Positions 9,821 through 19,864 are shown, numbered from the stretch's first letter. The stretch: 64,000 bases of DNA from an uncultured delta proteobacterium (GCA_963806225.1 CAWDXG010000004.1:3808001-3872000); one strand, 5' to 3'. Notes: generated from the sequence alone by a model not told the origin. Numbers and translations: made by a program.

Positions 9821-10690
9821 ATGCAACGGTTGAGCGGGTCGAGCTGGTGGGTGGGATGTGTAGCCGCAGTCGTCGCCGGCTGCGGGACCCCGCCGCCCCG
9901 GACGCCCTCGCCGGACCCGCCGGTCGTGGAGGTGAAACCGCCGCCTGCCAAACAGCCTCCAGCACAGGCCGACACGCCGGCCGACGCGGCGCCGCCGACC
10001 CGCGAAATATCGAACCTCGACGAGTGCGCCGAGCAGATCCGCGACGGCCGGGGCCTCCCTGCATCGGGCGCGGGCCGCGAGCTGTACGAAAGAGCCCTGT
10101 CAGAGCAGCGCGCCGGCAACCTGGCCGCCGCGCGCAGGAGCTACTTCGAGCTGATCGAGCAGAACCCAGCATCGCCGTTCATACCGCTCGCGTACCTGGC
10201 CTTCGGCGACCTGTTCCGCGAGCAAGCGAAGAAGGAGCCGTCGCACGCCAGCCTGGCGATCAGCGCCTACCGCAAGGTGACGACCTTCCCACCGTCGGAC
10301 AACACGGCCTACGCGTATGCGCTGCTCCGCATCGCGGACATGGATCAGAAGCGCAATGCCAACCAGGCGCTGGCCGGATACGCGCGCACCCTCGCGGCCG
10401 CCGCCGACAGCCCATGCCCCGATGCGCTCGGACAGGCCGCGCGCGATGGACTGACGGCAACGTACGTCGGCGTGGGGCGACCGGATCGCGCGTGGGCGTT
10501 CTTCCGCCACGCGGCCCCGGACGACGCGACCGCCGCGAGGATGCTCGCCGCCCTCGTCGACAAGTACAACGCGGTCGGCAGGTTCCGGGACGGGTGCCAG
10601 GCCTTGCGCGCGGCGAGCGACGCCGCCGTGCGCGCCTCGCCGCGCATGCAGGCCGCGGCGAGTCACTGCGGAAATGCGGCTGGGCCGTAG
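9821..10690 (+). CDS. TPR lipoprotein
   Basis: VVAGC lipobox; YERALSE, YFELIEQNPASPFIPLAYLAFGD, AYAYALLRIA TPR-like helices. Confidence 0.75.
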   Translation: MQRLSGSSWWVGCVAAVVAGCGTPPPRTPSPDPPVVEVKPPPAKQPPAQADTPADAAPPTREISNLDECAEQIRDGRGLPASGAGRELYERALSEQRAGNLAAARRSYFELIEQNPASPFIPLAYLAFGDLFREQAKKEPSHASLAISAYRKVTTFPPSDNTAYAYALLRIADMDQKRNANQALAGYARTLAAAADSPCPDALGQAARDGLTATYVGVGRPDRAWAFFRHAAPDDATAARMLAALVDKYNAVGRFRDGCQALRAASDAAVRASPRMQAAASHCGNAAGP

Positions 10691-10768
10691 GCGTCCGGGG
10701 GACGCGCTGGGGGTCCGCCCCACCGCGTCGGCGCAACGTCGCGAAGCGGCTGCCAGGACCTGCGGAGG

Positions 10769-11974
10769 CTAGTCGGAGTCGGCGGAGCTTCCGTGCGCGA
10801 CTTCCACTCCCAAGTCGACTGTTTGCGTCAGGGCAGCGTCGGTCATCGACCCGACAAGCCCCTTGTAGATCGCTTTTCCTGCGAACTTGATCTCCTCGGC
10901 GGGTCCTTCCTGACCGAGCGTCGCGGCAGTGACGAGGACGTGCTCGACCGCCTCCTTCGTGTCCTCGTTGAACTGGCGATCCATGCGGATCGCCTTGTCG
11001 GCGGTCGGACGGAAACGGGCGACCGTTTTTTTCATGCCGGCTGCCAGCTTGTCCATGCGCGCCCTGGCGTCCGTCTGCGTCCTGAAGTCGCCGTCCCCGA
11101 TGGCGCGCTGCATCCGACTGTTCTGTTCGACGTAGGCGATGTGCTGTTTGGAGAATTGCGTGTACAGCGTCCGTGCTTGGTCGACCTTGTCATCGAACTC
11201 ACCAGACATGTAGCCGCCCGCGCGCTCGGCCTTGTCGACGGCTTCGGAGATGTGGCGACCGTTCAGAGTGGTGGCCGACTTGAGCGCGCCAACCGCCATG
11301 TCTCCGACGGTGGCCGTAGCACCGAAGAACCCCGTCGCAGCCTCCGCCGTGCGCGTGATCACCGGAACCTTGCGATACAGCGCGTTCACCTCGCCCGCTG
11401 TCTTCTTCCACTGGGCAGCTTCGTGCTTCAGCGACTTCACGGCCGCGTCGCGCTCGTGGCCCATGGACTTGTCGGTCTTCGCGGCGGCTTCTGCCTTGAT
11501 GTCGGCCTCCGCCCCGCGGACCAGGGCCACGGCGGCGTGCACGCTGCTGCCGGTCTTGACGAGCGCCATCACGCCCGCGCGCTGCGAGACACCGAGCGGC
11601 GCGATCTGGCGCAGGGCGGACTCGCACATGGCCAGCCGCTGCATGCCGGTGGTGCCGCTGCGGGCGAGCACGGCGTGGACGATCTGGTGGTCGACCGAGC
11701 TCCGCCCGCGCAGGCGCTGGGCCACGTAGTGGTCGGCCAGGCCGGGGTTCTTCGTGAGGGCGGCGCGGGTGGCCTCGAAGCGACTCTTCATGGTCTGGCG
11801 CTTGACCAGCCCGTCGACGGCGGCGCGCTGCGTCTTCGACATCTGCTCCGCGGGGGCGGCTTTCTTCGCCTCGGCCGCCTTGCCGGCCTTGGCTGCGTGC
11901 TCGACGCCGGCAGCGTCCGGCTCGGGGTGGAATGTTCGGGGCGTGGAAGCCTGGTCGATCCGGTGCGTGGTCAT
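10769..11974 (-). CDS. Hypothetical alpha-helical protein
   Basis: MTTHRIDQAST..; typical high-GC codon usage; Ala/Lys-rich helices with Gly/Ala-rich segments. Confidence 0.7.
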   Translation of the reverse strand: MTTHRIDQASTPRTFHPEPDAAGVEHAAKAGKAAEAKKAAPAEQMSKTQRAAVDGLVKRQTMKSRFEATRAALTKNPGLADHYVAQRLRGRSSVDHQIVHAVLARSGTTGMQRLAMCESALRQIAPLGVSQRAGVMALVKTGSSVHAAVALVRGAEADIKAEAAAKTDKSMGHERDAAVKSLKHEAAQWKKTAGEVNALYRKVPVITRTAEAATGFFGATATVGDMAVGALKSATTLNGRHISEAVDKAERAGGYMSGEFDDKVDQARTLYTQFSKQHIAYVEQNSRMQRAIGDGDFRTQTDARARMDKLAAGMKKTVARFRPTADKAIRMDRQFNEDTKEAVEHVLVTAATLGQEGPAEEIKFAGKAIYKGLVGSMTDAALTQTVDLGVEVAHGSSADSD

Positions 11975-12052
11975 GCCGCCCGTATCGGACGCGATCGCAG
12001 CGAGTTGCGTGGAAACCCGCAACTGGACGCCGCGCGGGCCGAAGAGAGCGCC

Positions 12053-13123
12053 ATGAGCGACGTGAAGCTGGACATCGAGTTCGAGCGGCCCTCCGCCCGG
12101 TTCCGCCCGGGCGAGCCCATCCGCGGCTTCGTCCGCGCCCGCTCGGAAGAGCCGTTCGAGTGCAGGCACCTCGGCTTGACCTGGACCCGCGTGGTCGAAT
12201 CCCGACGCCCGCAGGACCTCAGGTACGGAAGGCTGGATACTTCCGGCCGCTCCAAGTCGGGCTACCGCCCGTACGCTGAGCTCCCGGACCGCCGCACAAT
12301 GGGCAGCTTGGAGTTCGACGGCGACGACCGGACGCCGCGCACCGAGTACCGCATCGCTTTCGAGTTCGCTGCGCCGGCAGGGCCATTGTCGTACGACGGC
12401 GAGGCCATTCGTACGAAGTGGTGGCTGTCGACGACCGGCGGGCGATTGCCGTGGAGCCACGCAGCGACGCCGTTCGAGCTGGTACCGTGGATGCCGGGAG
12501 ACGTGCCGGAACACGACGCGGGCTATCGCGTCGCGCCGCCGACGCCGCCGGATGGGTACGACTTCGGCTCGCCCCGGTATGTGCGTCGTTACCAGGCCGC
12601 TTCGCCTGGTCTGTCGCTGCTGTCCCGCATCAGAAACGCCTGGGCGCGGGTCAAGGCCGGTTCGGTGCGCGTGGAGTGCCCGTCCACGATCGCTGCGGGG
12701 GAGCGGCTGACCGTTCGCGTCCACTTCCCGCGGGGGCCGCGCGCGCGCATTGGCGAGGTCGAGGTGCGATTGGCCGCGGCCGAGAGCTTGGACGCTCGAC
12801 GCGCTCGGCCGCTGGTGCTGGCGCCGCACGGTATCGTCACGAGCCACACCGCGGCGTTGCAGATCGCCGACGCGCAGCCGGAACCGGGCTTTGTCGATGG
12901 CGGCACCAACGTCTGGTCCGCAGCGCTAGACATGCCGCTCGATGCACCGCCGTCGCTGCACACGGCCATGGCATCACTGTGCTGGCACGTCGAGGTCCGC
13001 TGTCGTTCGAAATCTGCACCGGAACGATTGCTCGTGAAGCCGCTGCTGGTGCGGCCGCCGCATGTCGGGCCGACGCCGGCAAGCCAGGCGGCCGGGGACG
13101 CAGTGTCCGCGACATGTCACTGA
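12053..13123 (+). CDS. Arrestin/SpoOM-like beta-sandwich protein (two domains)
   Basis: FRPGEPIRGFV, FEFAAPAGPLSYDGEAIRTKWWL; second copy LDMPLDAPPSL..LCWHVEV. Confidence 0.6.
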   Translation: MSDVKLDIEFERPSARFRPGEPIRGFVRARSEEPFECRHLGLTWTRVVESRRPQDLRYGRLDTSGRSKSGYRPYAELPDRRTMGSLEFDGDDRTPRTEYRIAFEFAAPAGPLSYDGEAIRTKWWLSTTGGRLPWSHAATPFELVPWMPGDVPEHDAGYRVAPPTPPDGYDFGSPRYVRRYQAASPGLSLLSRIRNAWARVKAGSVRVECPSTIAAGERLTVRVHFPRGPRARIGEVEVRLAAAESLDARRARPLVLAPHGIVTSHTAALQIADAQPEPGFVDGGTNVWSAALDMPLDAPPSLHTAMASLCWHVEVRCRSKSAPERLLVKPLLVRPPHVGPTPASQAAGDAVSATCH

Positions 13124-13274
13124 CACCGCGGCGCGCGCGTCGGGGCCCCGAAGTCTCTGGAATCCTGGGCTATTCGAAGCCTTCGCCGAAGCCCGGAGTG
13201 TCACGGGCGAACGCTTCGAGACCGCGCGAGCCGCAACGTCCAGGCGTGGTCCGGCTCTTGCTCTACGATTCCGG

Positions 13275-15125
13275 ATGCGCTTCCTGCCCGGCCTTGGCCC
13301 TCGCCTGCGTCTCCCGCTCGCCATCGGCTGCAGCGGGCTCCTTCTGACAGCGCTCGTCGGCTGCGGCGACTACGACGGCGAGACAGCGGGAGCGGGCTAC
13401 GACGTGGGCTCGACCAGCGAGGCGATGACGCTGAAGTGCGGGGTGAACAAGTACAACGGACCGCAGGGCGCCGATGTCTCCTACTACCAGGGCACGTTCG
13501 GTTGGAGCGGCAAGGGCCTGAAGTTCGGCTACGCGCGCATCAGCGACGGCGCTCCGAACACAGGCTTCATCGACCCGAAGTTCGACGCGAACTGGAAGAA
13601 CATGAAGGCGAACGGCATCCTGCGCGGTGCCTACCAGTTCTTCCGCCCGGGCCAGAACGCGACCGACCAGGCCAATTTCATGGTGAAGAAGGTCGGCGGC
13701 ATGCTCGGCGCCGGTGACATGCCGTGCATGATCGACGTGGAAGCGACCGACGGGAAGTCAGCGTCGACCATCACGTCGAAGATCAAGACCTGGCTGTCCA
13801 TTGTCCAGAAAGGCACGGGCAAGAAGCCCGTCATCTACACCGGCGCGTACTTCTGGGAAGGCAGCGTGAAGAGCACTGCGTTCGGCAGCTACCCGCTGTG
13901 GATCGCGGCATACGGGCCGAGCTGCCCGTCCATCCCCAACGGCTGGAGCAACTGGACCTTCTGGCAGTACTGCGACGGCTTGACCAAGTACTGCTCCAAC
14001 GGCGCAGGCTTCGACCGTGACGTGTACAACGGGACGCTCACGCAGCTGAAGAAGTTCGCCGGCAAGTCGATCGCGCCGTACTACGGCGCTTCCTACGTGG
14101 GCCAGTCGTTCCCACTCGCCAGCACCGCGCTGAAGATGGTGCCGGGGCAGACGATTGCCTCGTACATCAAGCTGAAGAACACCGGCACGAAGACCTGGAA
14201 CTCGAAGACCCGACTGGGCACCACGAAACCCCGCGATCGCGCAAGCGCCTTCGCCGACTCGAGCTGGCTCAACGACCATCGACCGGCAGGTGTGAGCGGA
14301 ACCGTTGCGCCCGGCGGCACCTACAAGTTCAAGTTCAACCTGCACGCCCCGGCCAAGCTCGGCGACTATCACGAGTACTTCGGCGTGCTCGAAGAGGGCG
14401 TGCACTGGTTTTCCGACTCCGGTCAAGGCGGGCCGCCGGACAACCAGCTACAGGCGTGGATCCAGGTCGTCAGAGCCGACTGGGCGGGGAAGTTCGTGAG
14501 CCAGACGTTCCCGGCTGCGACCGACGCTCCGATCACGATGGAGGTCGGCACGATGCTCGACGGCACCATCACTATCGAGAACGTCGGCAACCAGAGCTGG
14601 AAGAATGGGGAGACCAAGCTCGCGCCAACGCCGCGCGACGCGGACTCGCCGCTCGCCGCTCCCACCTGGGAGAGCCCGACGCGCGTCTCGACGGTCTCGG
14701 CGGATGTGCCCCAGGGCAGCTCGTTCGACTTCCCCGTCAAACTGTACGCGGCTGCCGTCGGTGACTACACGCAGACCTTCAGCCTGGTGGAGGAAGGCGT
14801 CACCTGGTTCGCCGATGCGCCGAAAGGCGGCGGACCGCCCGACGATCTGATCAAGCTCCACGTGGTGGTCGTGCCACCCAGCGGCGGTACGGACGCCGGT
14901 CTGGTCGATAGCGGCACTTTGCTCGGCGACAGCGGTGGCGCGAGTGGCGATGCCGGGCCTTCCAGCAACGAAGCCGGCTTGACCGAAACCACCCACGCCG
15001 TGGGCAGCGACCCAGGCGGCTGCGGCTGCCGCCTCGCCGGGAGCCCGCCCGGCCGCAGCGACGACGCGCCCCTGCTCGTGCTCGCCGGAGTCGGCCTGGT
15101 CGCCCTGCGCCGACGCAGGCGCTGA
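13275..15125 (+). CDS. GH25 lysozyme/muramidase with two Ig-like (NBR1-like) domains and a MYXO-CTERM tail
   Basis: GADVSYYQG, RGAYQFFRP, IDVE, PVIYTG, LWIAAY, WTFWQY; LKNTGTKTW and IENVGNQSW; GGCGC..TM..RRRRR. Confidence 0.9.
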   Translation: MRFLPGLGPRLRLPLAIGCSGLLLTALVGCGDYDGETAGAGYDVGSTSEAMTLKCGVNKYNGPQGADVSYYQGTFGWSGKGLKFGYARISDGAPNTGFIDPKFDANWKNMKANGILRGAYQFFRPGQNATDQANFMVKKVGGMLGAGDMPCMIDVEATDGKSASTITSKIKTWLSIVQKGTGKKPVIYTGAYFWEGSVKSTAFGSYPLWIAAYGPSCPSIPNGWSNWTFWQYCDGLTKYCSNGAGFDRDVYNGTLTQLKKFAGKSIAPYYGASYVGQSFPLASTALKMVPGQTIASYIKLKNTGTKTWNSKTRLGTTKPRDRASAFADSSWLNDHRPAGVSGTVAPGGTYKFKFNLHAPAKLGDYHEYFGVLEEGVHWFSDSGQGGPPDNQLQAWIQVVRADWAGKFVSQTFPAATDAPITMEVGTMLDGTITIENVGNQSWKNGETKLAPTPRDADSPLAAPTWESPTRVSTVSADVPQGSSFDFPVKLYAAAVGDYTQTFSLVEEGVTWFADAPKGGGPPDDLIKLHVVVVPPSGGTDAGLVDSGTLLGDSGGASGDAGPSSNEAGLTETTHAVGSDPGGCGCRLAGSPPGRSDDAPLLVLAGVGLVALRRRRR

Positions 15126-15198
15126 CTTTCGCCCATGCGTGGGCGCCCGGCCGCGAGGCGCGCTTTCCCCCGGGGTGATGCGGCGCTAGAGGAGAGCG

Positions 15199-15960
15199 AT
15201 GCCGTCGCCGGTGGTCGTGGTCGGGATGGGAGAGCTCGGCGGGGTGTTTGCGCGCGGGCTGCTGAGGGCTGGGCACCCGGTTTTCCCGGTCACCCGGCGC
15301 GTGCCGCTGGCTGCGCACACGGTGGATCCGGAGCTCGTGCTGGTCACGGTGGGCGAGGCGGACCTGGCTCCCGTTCTCGAGCAACTGCCGGGTGCGTACC
15401 GCGATCGCGCGGGTCTGGTGCAGAACGAGCTTCTGCCGCGCGATTGGCGCGCGCACGGTCTTGTGGCGCCCACGGTGGCGGTGGTGTGGTTCGAGAAGAA
15501 GCCAGGGCGCCCGGTGAACGTCGTGCTGCCGACGGTGCTGTACGGCCACGGCGCCCCGCTGCTCGAGGCAGCGCTCGGCGAGCTCGACATTCCGACACAG
15601 AGCGTGGCGGATGAGGGCGCGCTGCTCACGGCGCTGGTCGAGAAGAACCTGTATATCCTGACGACGAACCTCGCGGGCCTTCGAACCGGCGGCACGGTTG
15701 TCGAGCTGTGGCAAAACCACCGCAAGCTGACAGAAGCGGTCGCCGGGGAGATACTCGACATCCAGGCGTTCTTGACAGAGCAGAAGCTGGAGCGCGCACC
15801 ACTCGTGCGCGCGCTCGAACGCGCCATCGAAGCGGACCCGGATCACCAGTGCACCGGTCGCTCTGCGCCCGTCCGCCTGGCACGCGCGATCGCGCATGCC
15901 GATCGCGCCGGCCTCGCCATTCCCACGCTCCGCGCGCTCGCCCGGGAGCACATGGCGTGA
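15199..15960 (+). CDS. Rossmann-fold protein, ketopantoate-reductase-like
   Basis: VVVVGMGELGG dinucleotide motif; LVQNELLP; KNLYILTTNLAG. Confidence 0.65.
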   Translation: MPSPVVVVGMGELGGVFARGLLRAGHPVFPVTRRVPLAAHTVDPELVLVTVGEADLAPVLEQLPGAYRDRAGLVQNELLPRDWRAHGLVAPTVAVVWFEKKPGRPVNVVLPTVLYGHGAPLLEAALGELDIPTQSVADEGALLTALVEKNLYILTTNLAGLRTGGTVVELWQNHRKLTEAVAGEILDIQAFLTEQKLERAPLVRALERAIEADPDHQCTGRSAPVRLARAIAHADRAGLAIPTLRALAREHMA

Positions 15961-16595
15961 GCGAGCACGACGCCTGGCTCGTCGATCTGGACGGCACGCT
16001 GTACTACCCGCTGTGGGTGAAGCTGGCGATGGCCGCCGAGCTCTCGCTGCTCGGATGGAGCTCGGTCGCGACGCTCCGGAGCTTCCGCAAGCAGCATGAA
16101 CACCTGCGCCAGCTCGCCACCGAGGGCGCCGAGCGCGTCGTGGAGCGCGAGCTCGAACACAACGCGCCGAGCCCCTTCCACGAGCAGCTCCAGCGCACCG
16201 CACTCACGCTGGGACGCGACCCGGCGGACGTGGAACGCCGCGTGATGGAGTGGATGTTCCGCCGCCCCGGCAAGTGGATCCGCCTGTTCCGCCGCCGGGC
16301 GTTGCTCGACGAGATAGCGGGCTTCCACGACGGCGGCGGCAAGACCGCGCTGGTGAGCGACTACCCCGCGACGGAGAAGCTCGAGCGGCTCGGGCACAAC
16401 GGGCTGTTCGACGTGGTGGTCGCCAATGGCGAACCCGAGGGCCCGCGCCGGCTCAAGCCCGACCCCGACGGCTACCTCGCCGCCGCGCGGCGCCTCGGCG
16501 CGGAGCCGGCGCGCTGCCTGGTGCTCGGCGACCGCGACGACGCCGACGGCGCCGCCGCGCGCGCCGCGGGCATGCAGTTCCGGCTGGTAAAGTAG
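15957..16595 (+). CDS. HAD-family hydrolase
   Basis: DLDGTLY, VSD, KPDP, GDRDDADG; GTGA overlap with the upstream gene. Confidence 0.85.
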   Translation: MSEHDAWLVDLDGTLYYPLWVKLAMAAELSLLGWSSVATLRSFRKQHEHLRQLATEGAERVVERELEHNAPSPFHEQLQRTALTLGRDPADVERRVMEWMFRRPGKWIRLFRRRALLDEIAGFHDGGGKTALVSDYPATEKLERLGHNGLFDVVVANGEPEGPRRLKPDPDGYLAAARRLGAEPARCLVLGDRDDADGAAARAAGMQFRLVK

Positions 16596-16617
16596 CGGCT
16601 CCGGGCCGCCGCCCGCG

Positions 16618-19600
16618 TCAATCCCAGCGCACGCGCGCGAGGAAGAACTTGTTGTCGACCCGACGACTGGTGAGCACCTTGAAGTGCTTGGGGTTGCCCA
16701 GCTCGTTCTTGAGCGAAGTGACACGCCCCCACTCGGTCGTGAAGTACATCACCTTCACGCCCTTCTTCTTCTGCTCCTTGATCCAGTCCTGGAACTTCTT
16801 GCCGGTGGAGACGAACGCCGGCACGTGGTTGCCGGTATAGAAGTTCTCGCCCTTCCAGTTCATCTGGTACGCGACGAAAGGCTGCTGGGGACCTTGGCGA
16901 TCCTGGTAGTACTTGAGCAGCGTCTCGCGCTGCCCCCAGTGCGACGCCGCCTTGACGAAATATTCGTTCACACCCCATCCGGCCCACAGCACCGAGACCG
17001 CGAGCAGCATCGTGACGACATGGGTGCGCCAGCGCCGTATGACGAAAAGCAGGCAGAGGACTGCGGACGCGATCGTGAAGGCCTCGACGATCCCGCTGAA
17101 GTCGAGCGACTCCGGCCAGGGCCGCGAGTAGTTGTACGAGATGAGGTCCATCAGCCGGACGTTGGCCGGGATGTCGCCCTTGCGGGTGATGAACAGATCG
17201 CTGCCCGTTCGCGCCACGACGATCGCCGAGGCCACCCCGATCACGCCCAGGAGCATCCCGTCGTAGCCGCGGCGCCATGCAGCGAGACGGGAACCGGGCT
17301 GCTCGGCGGCGCCCGCGCGCCCGCCGAACAAGCGCACGGCGGCGACGGCAATCCCTAGCCCGACCAGCACGAGCACGATGCCGAGCACAGGGGAGGCAGG
17401 CGGCGGCTTGTTCTTCAGGTCCGTCCAACCGCTGACCGCGCCAGGAAAAAAGCGCATCAGGCCGTAGACAACCGACGCTGCGCCGAGGCCGATACCGGCG
17501 AGGTAGCGGGCCAGGCGCGGACCATCGGGAAGCGGGCTGCCGAGCGCGTGATCGAGCAACACACCGGTCAGCGCGGCGATCGCCGGAATCGCGGGGAAGA
17601 TGTAGTAGTGATACTTGGTGAGCGTCACCGTCATCATGCCGAATGCGGTGATGAACCACAGCATGAAGAAGGCAAAGGCCGCGCCCTTCGGGTCCCGCTT
17701 GTCGTTGTCGCGGCGGAACGCCCACAGAAGGCCGCCCGCACCGAGGCCCACGAGCGGGAAGAGCGAATAGCCGAGCTGCCAGACGTAGTAGCGGAAGCTC
17801 ACGTCATCGCCCGCGTTCGTGTCGTGAACGTGCACGAACGCCCGCTTGTACATGTCCGCGAACAGGAGCTCGTCGGTGAAGGGCGTGCCGTGACGCACGT
17901 ACATCTGCACGTACCAGGGCAGGCACACGCAGGCGAGCAGGAGCACCGAACCGATGATCTCGAGCCGTGCGAAGTCCTTCCAGCGGCGCGTCGCGCCGAG
18001 ATACACGCCCGCTACGAACCAGGCGATGACCAGCCCCGGCGCACCCTTGGCCAACGCGCTGATGGCCATGAAAAACCACGCGGCCAGGAAGTAGAGGCGT
18101 TGCAGGCGCCGCTCGCCGCGGTTCACCCAGAGCAGCACGCCTGCCACGGCCGACCAGAGCAGCGCCGCCTGCCAGGGCTGGAAGCTCCGGTCGACGGGTA
18201 GCTGCTGACGGCAGGGCGCATTGCCGGGGAGACCGCAGTTGCCGCCGCCCGACCCAGCGAAGAACTCGTCGAGGTGCGGGCGGAACCCATGCGGCGCGGC
18301 GGCGATCTGCAGCGTCAGGTTGCGGCTGAGCAGGTACAGCACCTGCGGCAGCACCGTCATGATGACCGCCGCGAAGATCAGGTGATAGGCGGAAAAGCGC
18401 AGCGTGCGCGATCCGACCTTGAGCTCGTACTGCCTGGCCCGCGCCTCCGGATCGGTGTGGAAGCCGATCAGGAGCAGCGCCATCGACGCAGTCAGAGGCG
18501 CGACGTACGGCATGTCGCACATCGTCTGGTGCGCCAGCAGATACCAGAGCGGCATCGTGGTGAGCGCCACGCCGGCGAGGAAACCCGCCCGGCGTCCGAA
18601 CACCTTGGCCACCGCCTTGTACAGCGAGTACACGCCGATCAAGGTCAGGATGAAGATCGGCATCCGGTTGGCCCACTCCGGCTGCGGGAAGTGGCCGTGC
18701 CCCGCCGCGCTCAACATCTTGTCGGGCATGTAGCGGACGCCAAGCAGCGAGAAGCTGAGCGCCTGGATCCAGAAGTCGAAGACCGGCTTCGAGTAGAACC
18801 AGCCGTCCTGCGCCCACCAGGTCGAGATCCAGTCGTCGCGAGAGAGCAGCTCGCGTGACACCTCGCCGTAGTGCGTTTCCCAGGGGTCGGTCAACGAGTA
18901 GCTGCCGAGCATGGGCAGGTACAGAAGTACGACCAGCACGATCAGCCAGAAGCCGTGCCGCCTTAGCAGGGTGCGTCCGTCGTCGTCGGTCCAGACACCT
19001 ATCTGGCGGCCCGTGCGGAAAACCGCGATGACGACCCACATGAACACGACCGGCGTGAGCACGGCCATGGTGAGGATCTGTTTCGGCAGCACACCCGAAA
19101 CGGCCAGCCGCAAGAGCACGATGAAGACGACCACGCTGCCGAGCAGCTCGCCGAGCCTGGGCAGCAGATCGCGGAGCGTGGTCTGTCCGACGACTACGTC
19201 CGGCGCGTCGTCGAACGTGCCGAGCAGATCGAGGACCCCCCACGCCGCCAGCAGGCAGCACACCACCCCGACCGGCACACTGAAGCTCCAGTGCCGGTCG
19301 GTGGTCATGATCAGGAACGGGATGGCCGCTCCGATCAAGGCGATCAGCGTGCCGCGGACGGGATGCAGCGGATTGCCGCGCGGCACCACCGGCGGCTCGT
19401 CTTCTTCCTCGTCACCGCCGCCGAGCCCCACCAGCGCCTTGAGCCGCGAGCCGAGCGAGCGCGACTTCTTGCTGTCGCCGTCCTCGTCGTCCTCGCCGTC
19501 CTCGTCGTCCTCGTCGTCCTCGTCGCCGCCCGTCTCTTCGTCGTCCTCGTCGTCCTCGTCGCCGCCCGTCTCTTCGTCGGCGGCGTCCGGGTCGGGACTG

Positions 19601-19689
19601 GTAGCGGGCTCCGGGCGCGCTTCGTCCTCCGGCGCCGTGTCGCCGTCGTCCGCGGGCAGATCGGTCTCGTCGTCGTGGTCGCCGGTCAT
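16618..19689 (-). CDS. ArnT/PMT-like (GT83/GT39) membrane glycosyltransferase with acidic N-terminal tail
   Basis: DPWETHYGEVSRE, FYSKPVF..W, ALAKG, PWY, TKYHYYIFPAIP; many TM helices. Confidence 0.88.
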   Translation of the reverse strand: MTGDHDDETDLPADDGDTAPEDEARPEPATSPDPDAADEETGGDEDDEDDEETGGDEDDEDDEDGEDDEDGDSKKSRSLGSRLKALVGLGGGDEEEDEPPVVPRGNPLHPVRGTLIALIGAAIPFLIMTTDRHWSFSVPVGVVCCLLAAWGVLDLLGTFDDAPDVVVGQTTLRDLLPRLGELLGSVVVFIVLLRLAVSGVLPKQILTMAVLTPVVFMWVVIAVFRTGRQIGVWTDDDGRTLLRRHGFWLIVLVVLLYLPMLGSYSLTDPWETHYGEVSRELLSRDDWISTWWAQDGWFYSKPVFDFWIQALSFSLLGVRYMPDKMLSAAGHGHFPQPEWANRMPIFILTLIGVYSLYKAVAKVFGRRAGFLAGVALTTMPLWYLLAHQTMCDMPYVAPLTASMALLLIGFHTDPEARARQYELKVGSRTLRFSAYHLIFAAVIMTVLPQVLYLLSRNLTLQIAAAPHGFRPHLDEFFAGSGGGNCGLPGNAPCRQQLPVDRSFQPWQAALLWSAVAGVLLWVNRGERRLQRLYFLAAWFFMAISALAKGAPGLVIAWFVAGVYLGATRRWKDFARLEIIGSVLLLACVCLPWYVQMYVRHGTPFTDELLFADMYKRAFVHVHDTNAGDDVSFRYYVWQLGYSLFPLVGLGAGGLLWAFRRDNDKRDPKGAAFAFFMLWFITAFGMMTVTLTKYHYYIFPAIPAIAALTGVLLDHALGSPLPDGPRLARYLAGIGLGAASVVYGLMRFFPGAVSGWTDLKNKPPPASPVLGIVLVLVGLGIAVAAVRLFGGRAGAAEQPGSRLAAWRRGYDGMLLGVIGVASAIVVARTGSDLFITRKGDIPANVRLMDLISYNYSRPWPESLDFSGIVEAFTIASAVLCLLFVIRRWRTHVVTMLLAVSVLWAGWGVNEYFVKAASHWGQRETLLKYYQDRQGPQQPFVAYQMNWKGENFYTGNHVPAFVSTGKKFQDWIKEQKKKGVKVMYFTTEWGRVTSLKNELGNPKHFKVLTSRRVDNKFFLARVRWD
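19480..19580 (-). repeat. 36-bp tandem duplication plus GAC/GAG microrepeats encoding (EETGGDEDDEDD)x2
   Basis: gtcgtcctcgtcgtcctcgtcgccgcccgtctcttc occurs twice in tandem. Confidence 0.8.
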
Positions 19690-19864
19690 GAACCCTCGAG
19701 GCGCCTGGGGCGCTCCGCTCGGACGCGGGGGGGCTTGGGTTCGCCTGTTCGCAATGGTGTCGGTCCCCGCCCTGGAGCGGGCGCAAGCGCCTGGATTATT
19801 CGCAAAATCTGGCTAGTGTCGAGCCTGGGGTGCCTCCGCCGGAGGGCCGGCGGCCGCGCCCGGG

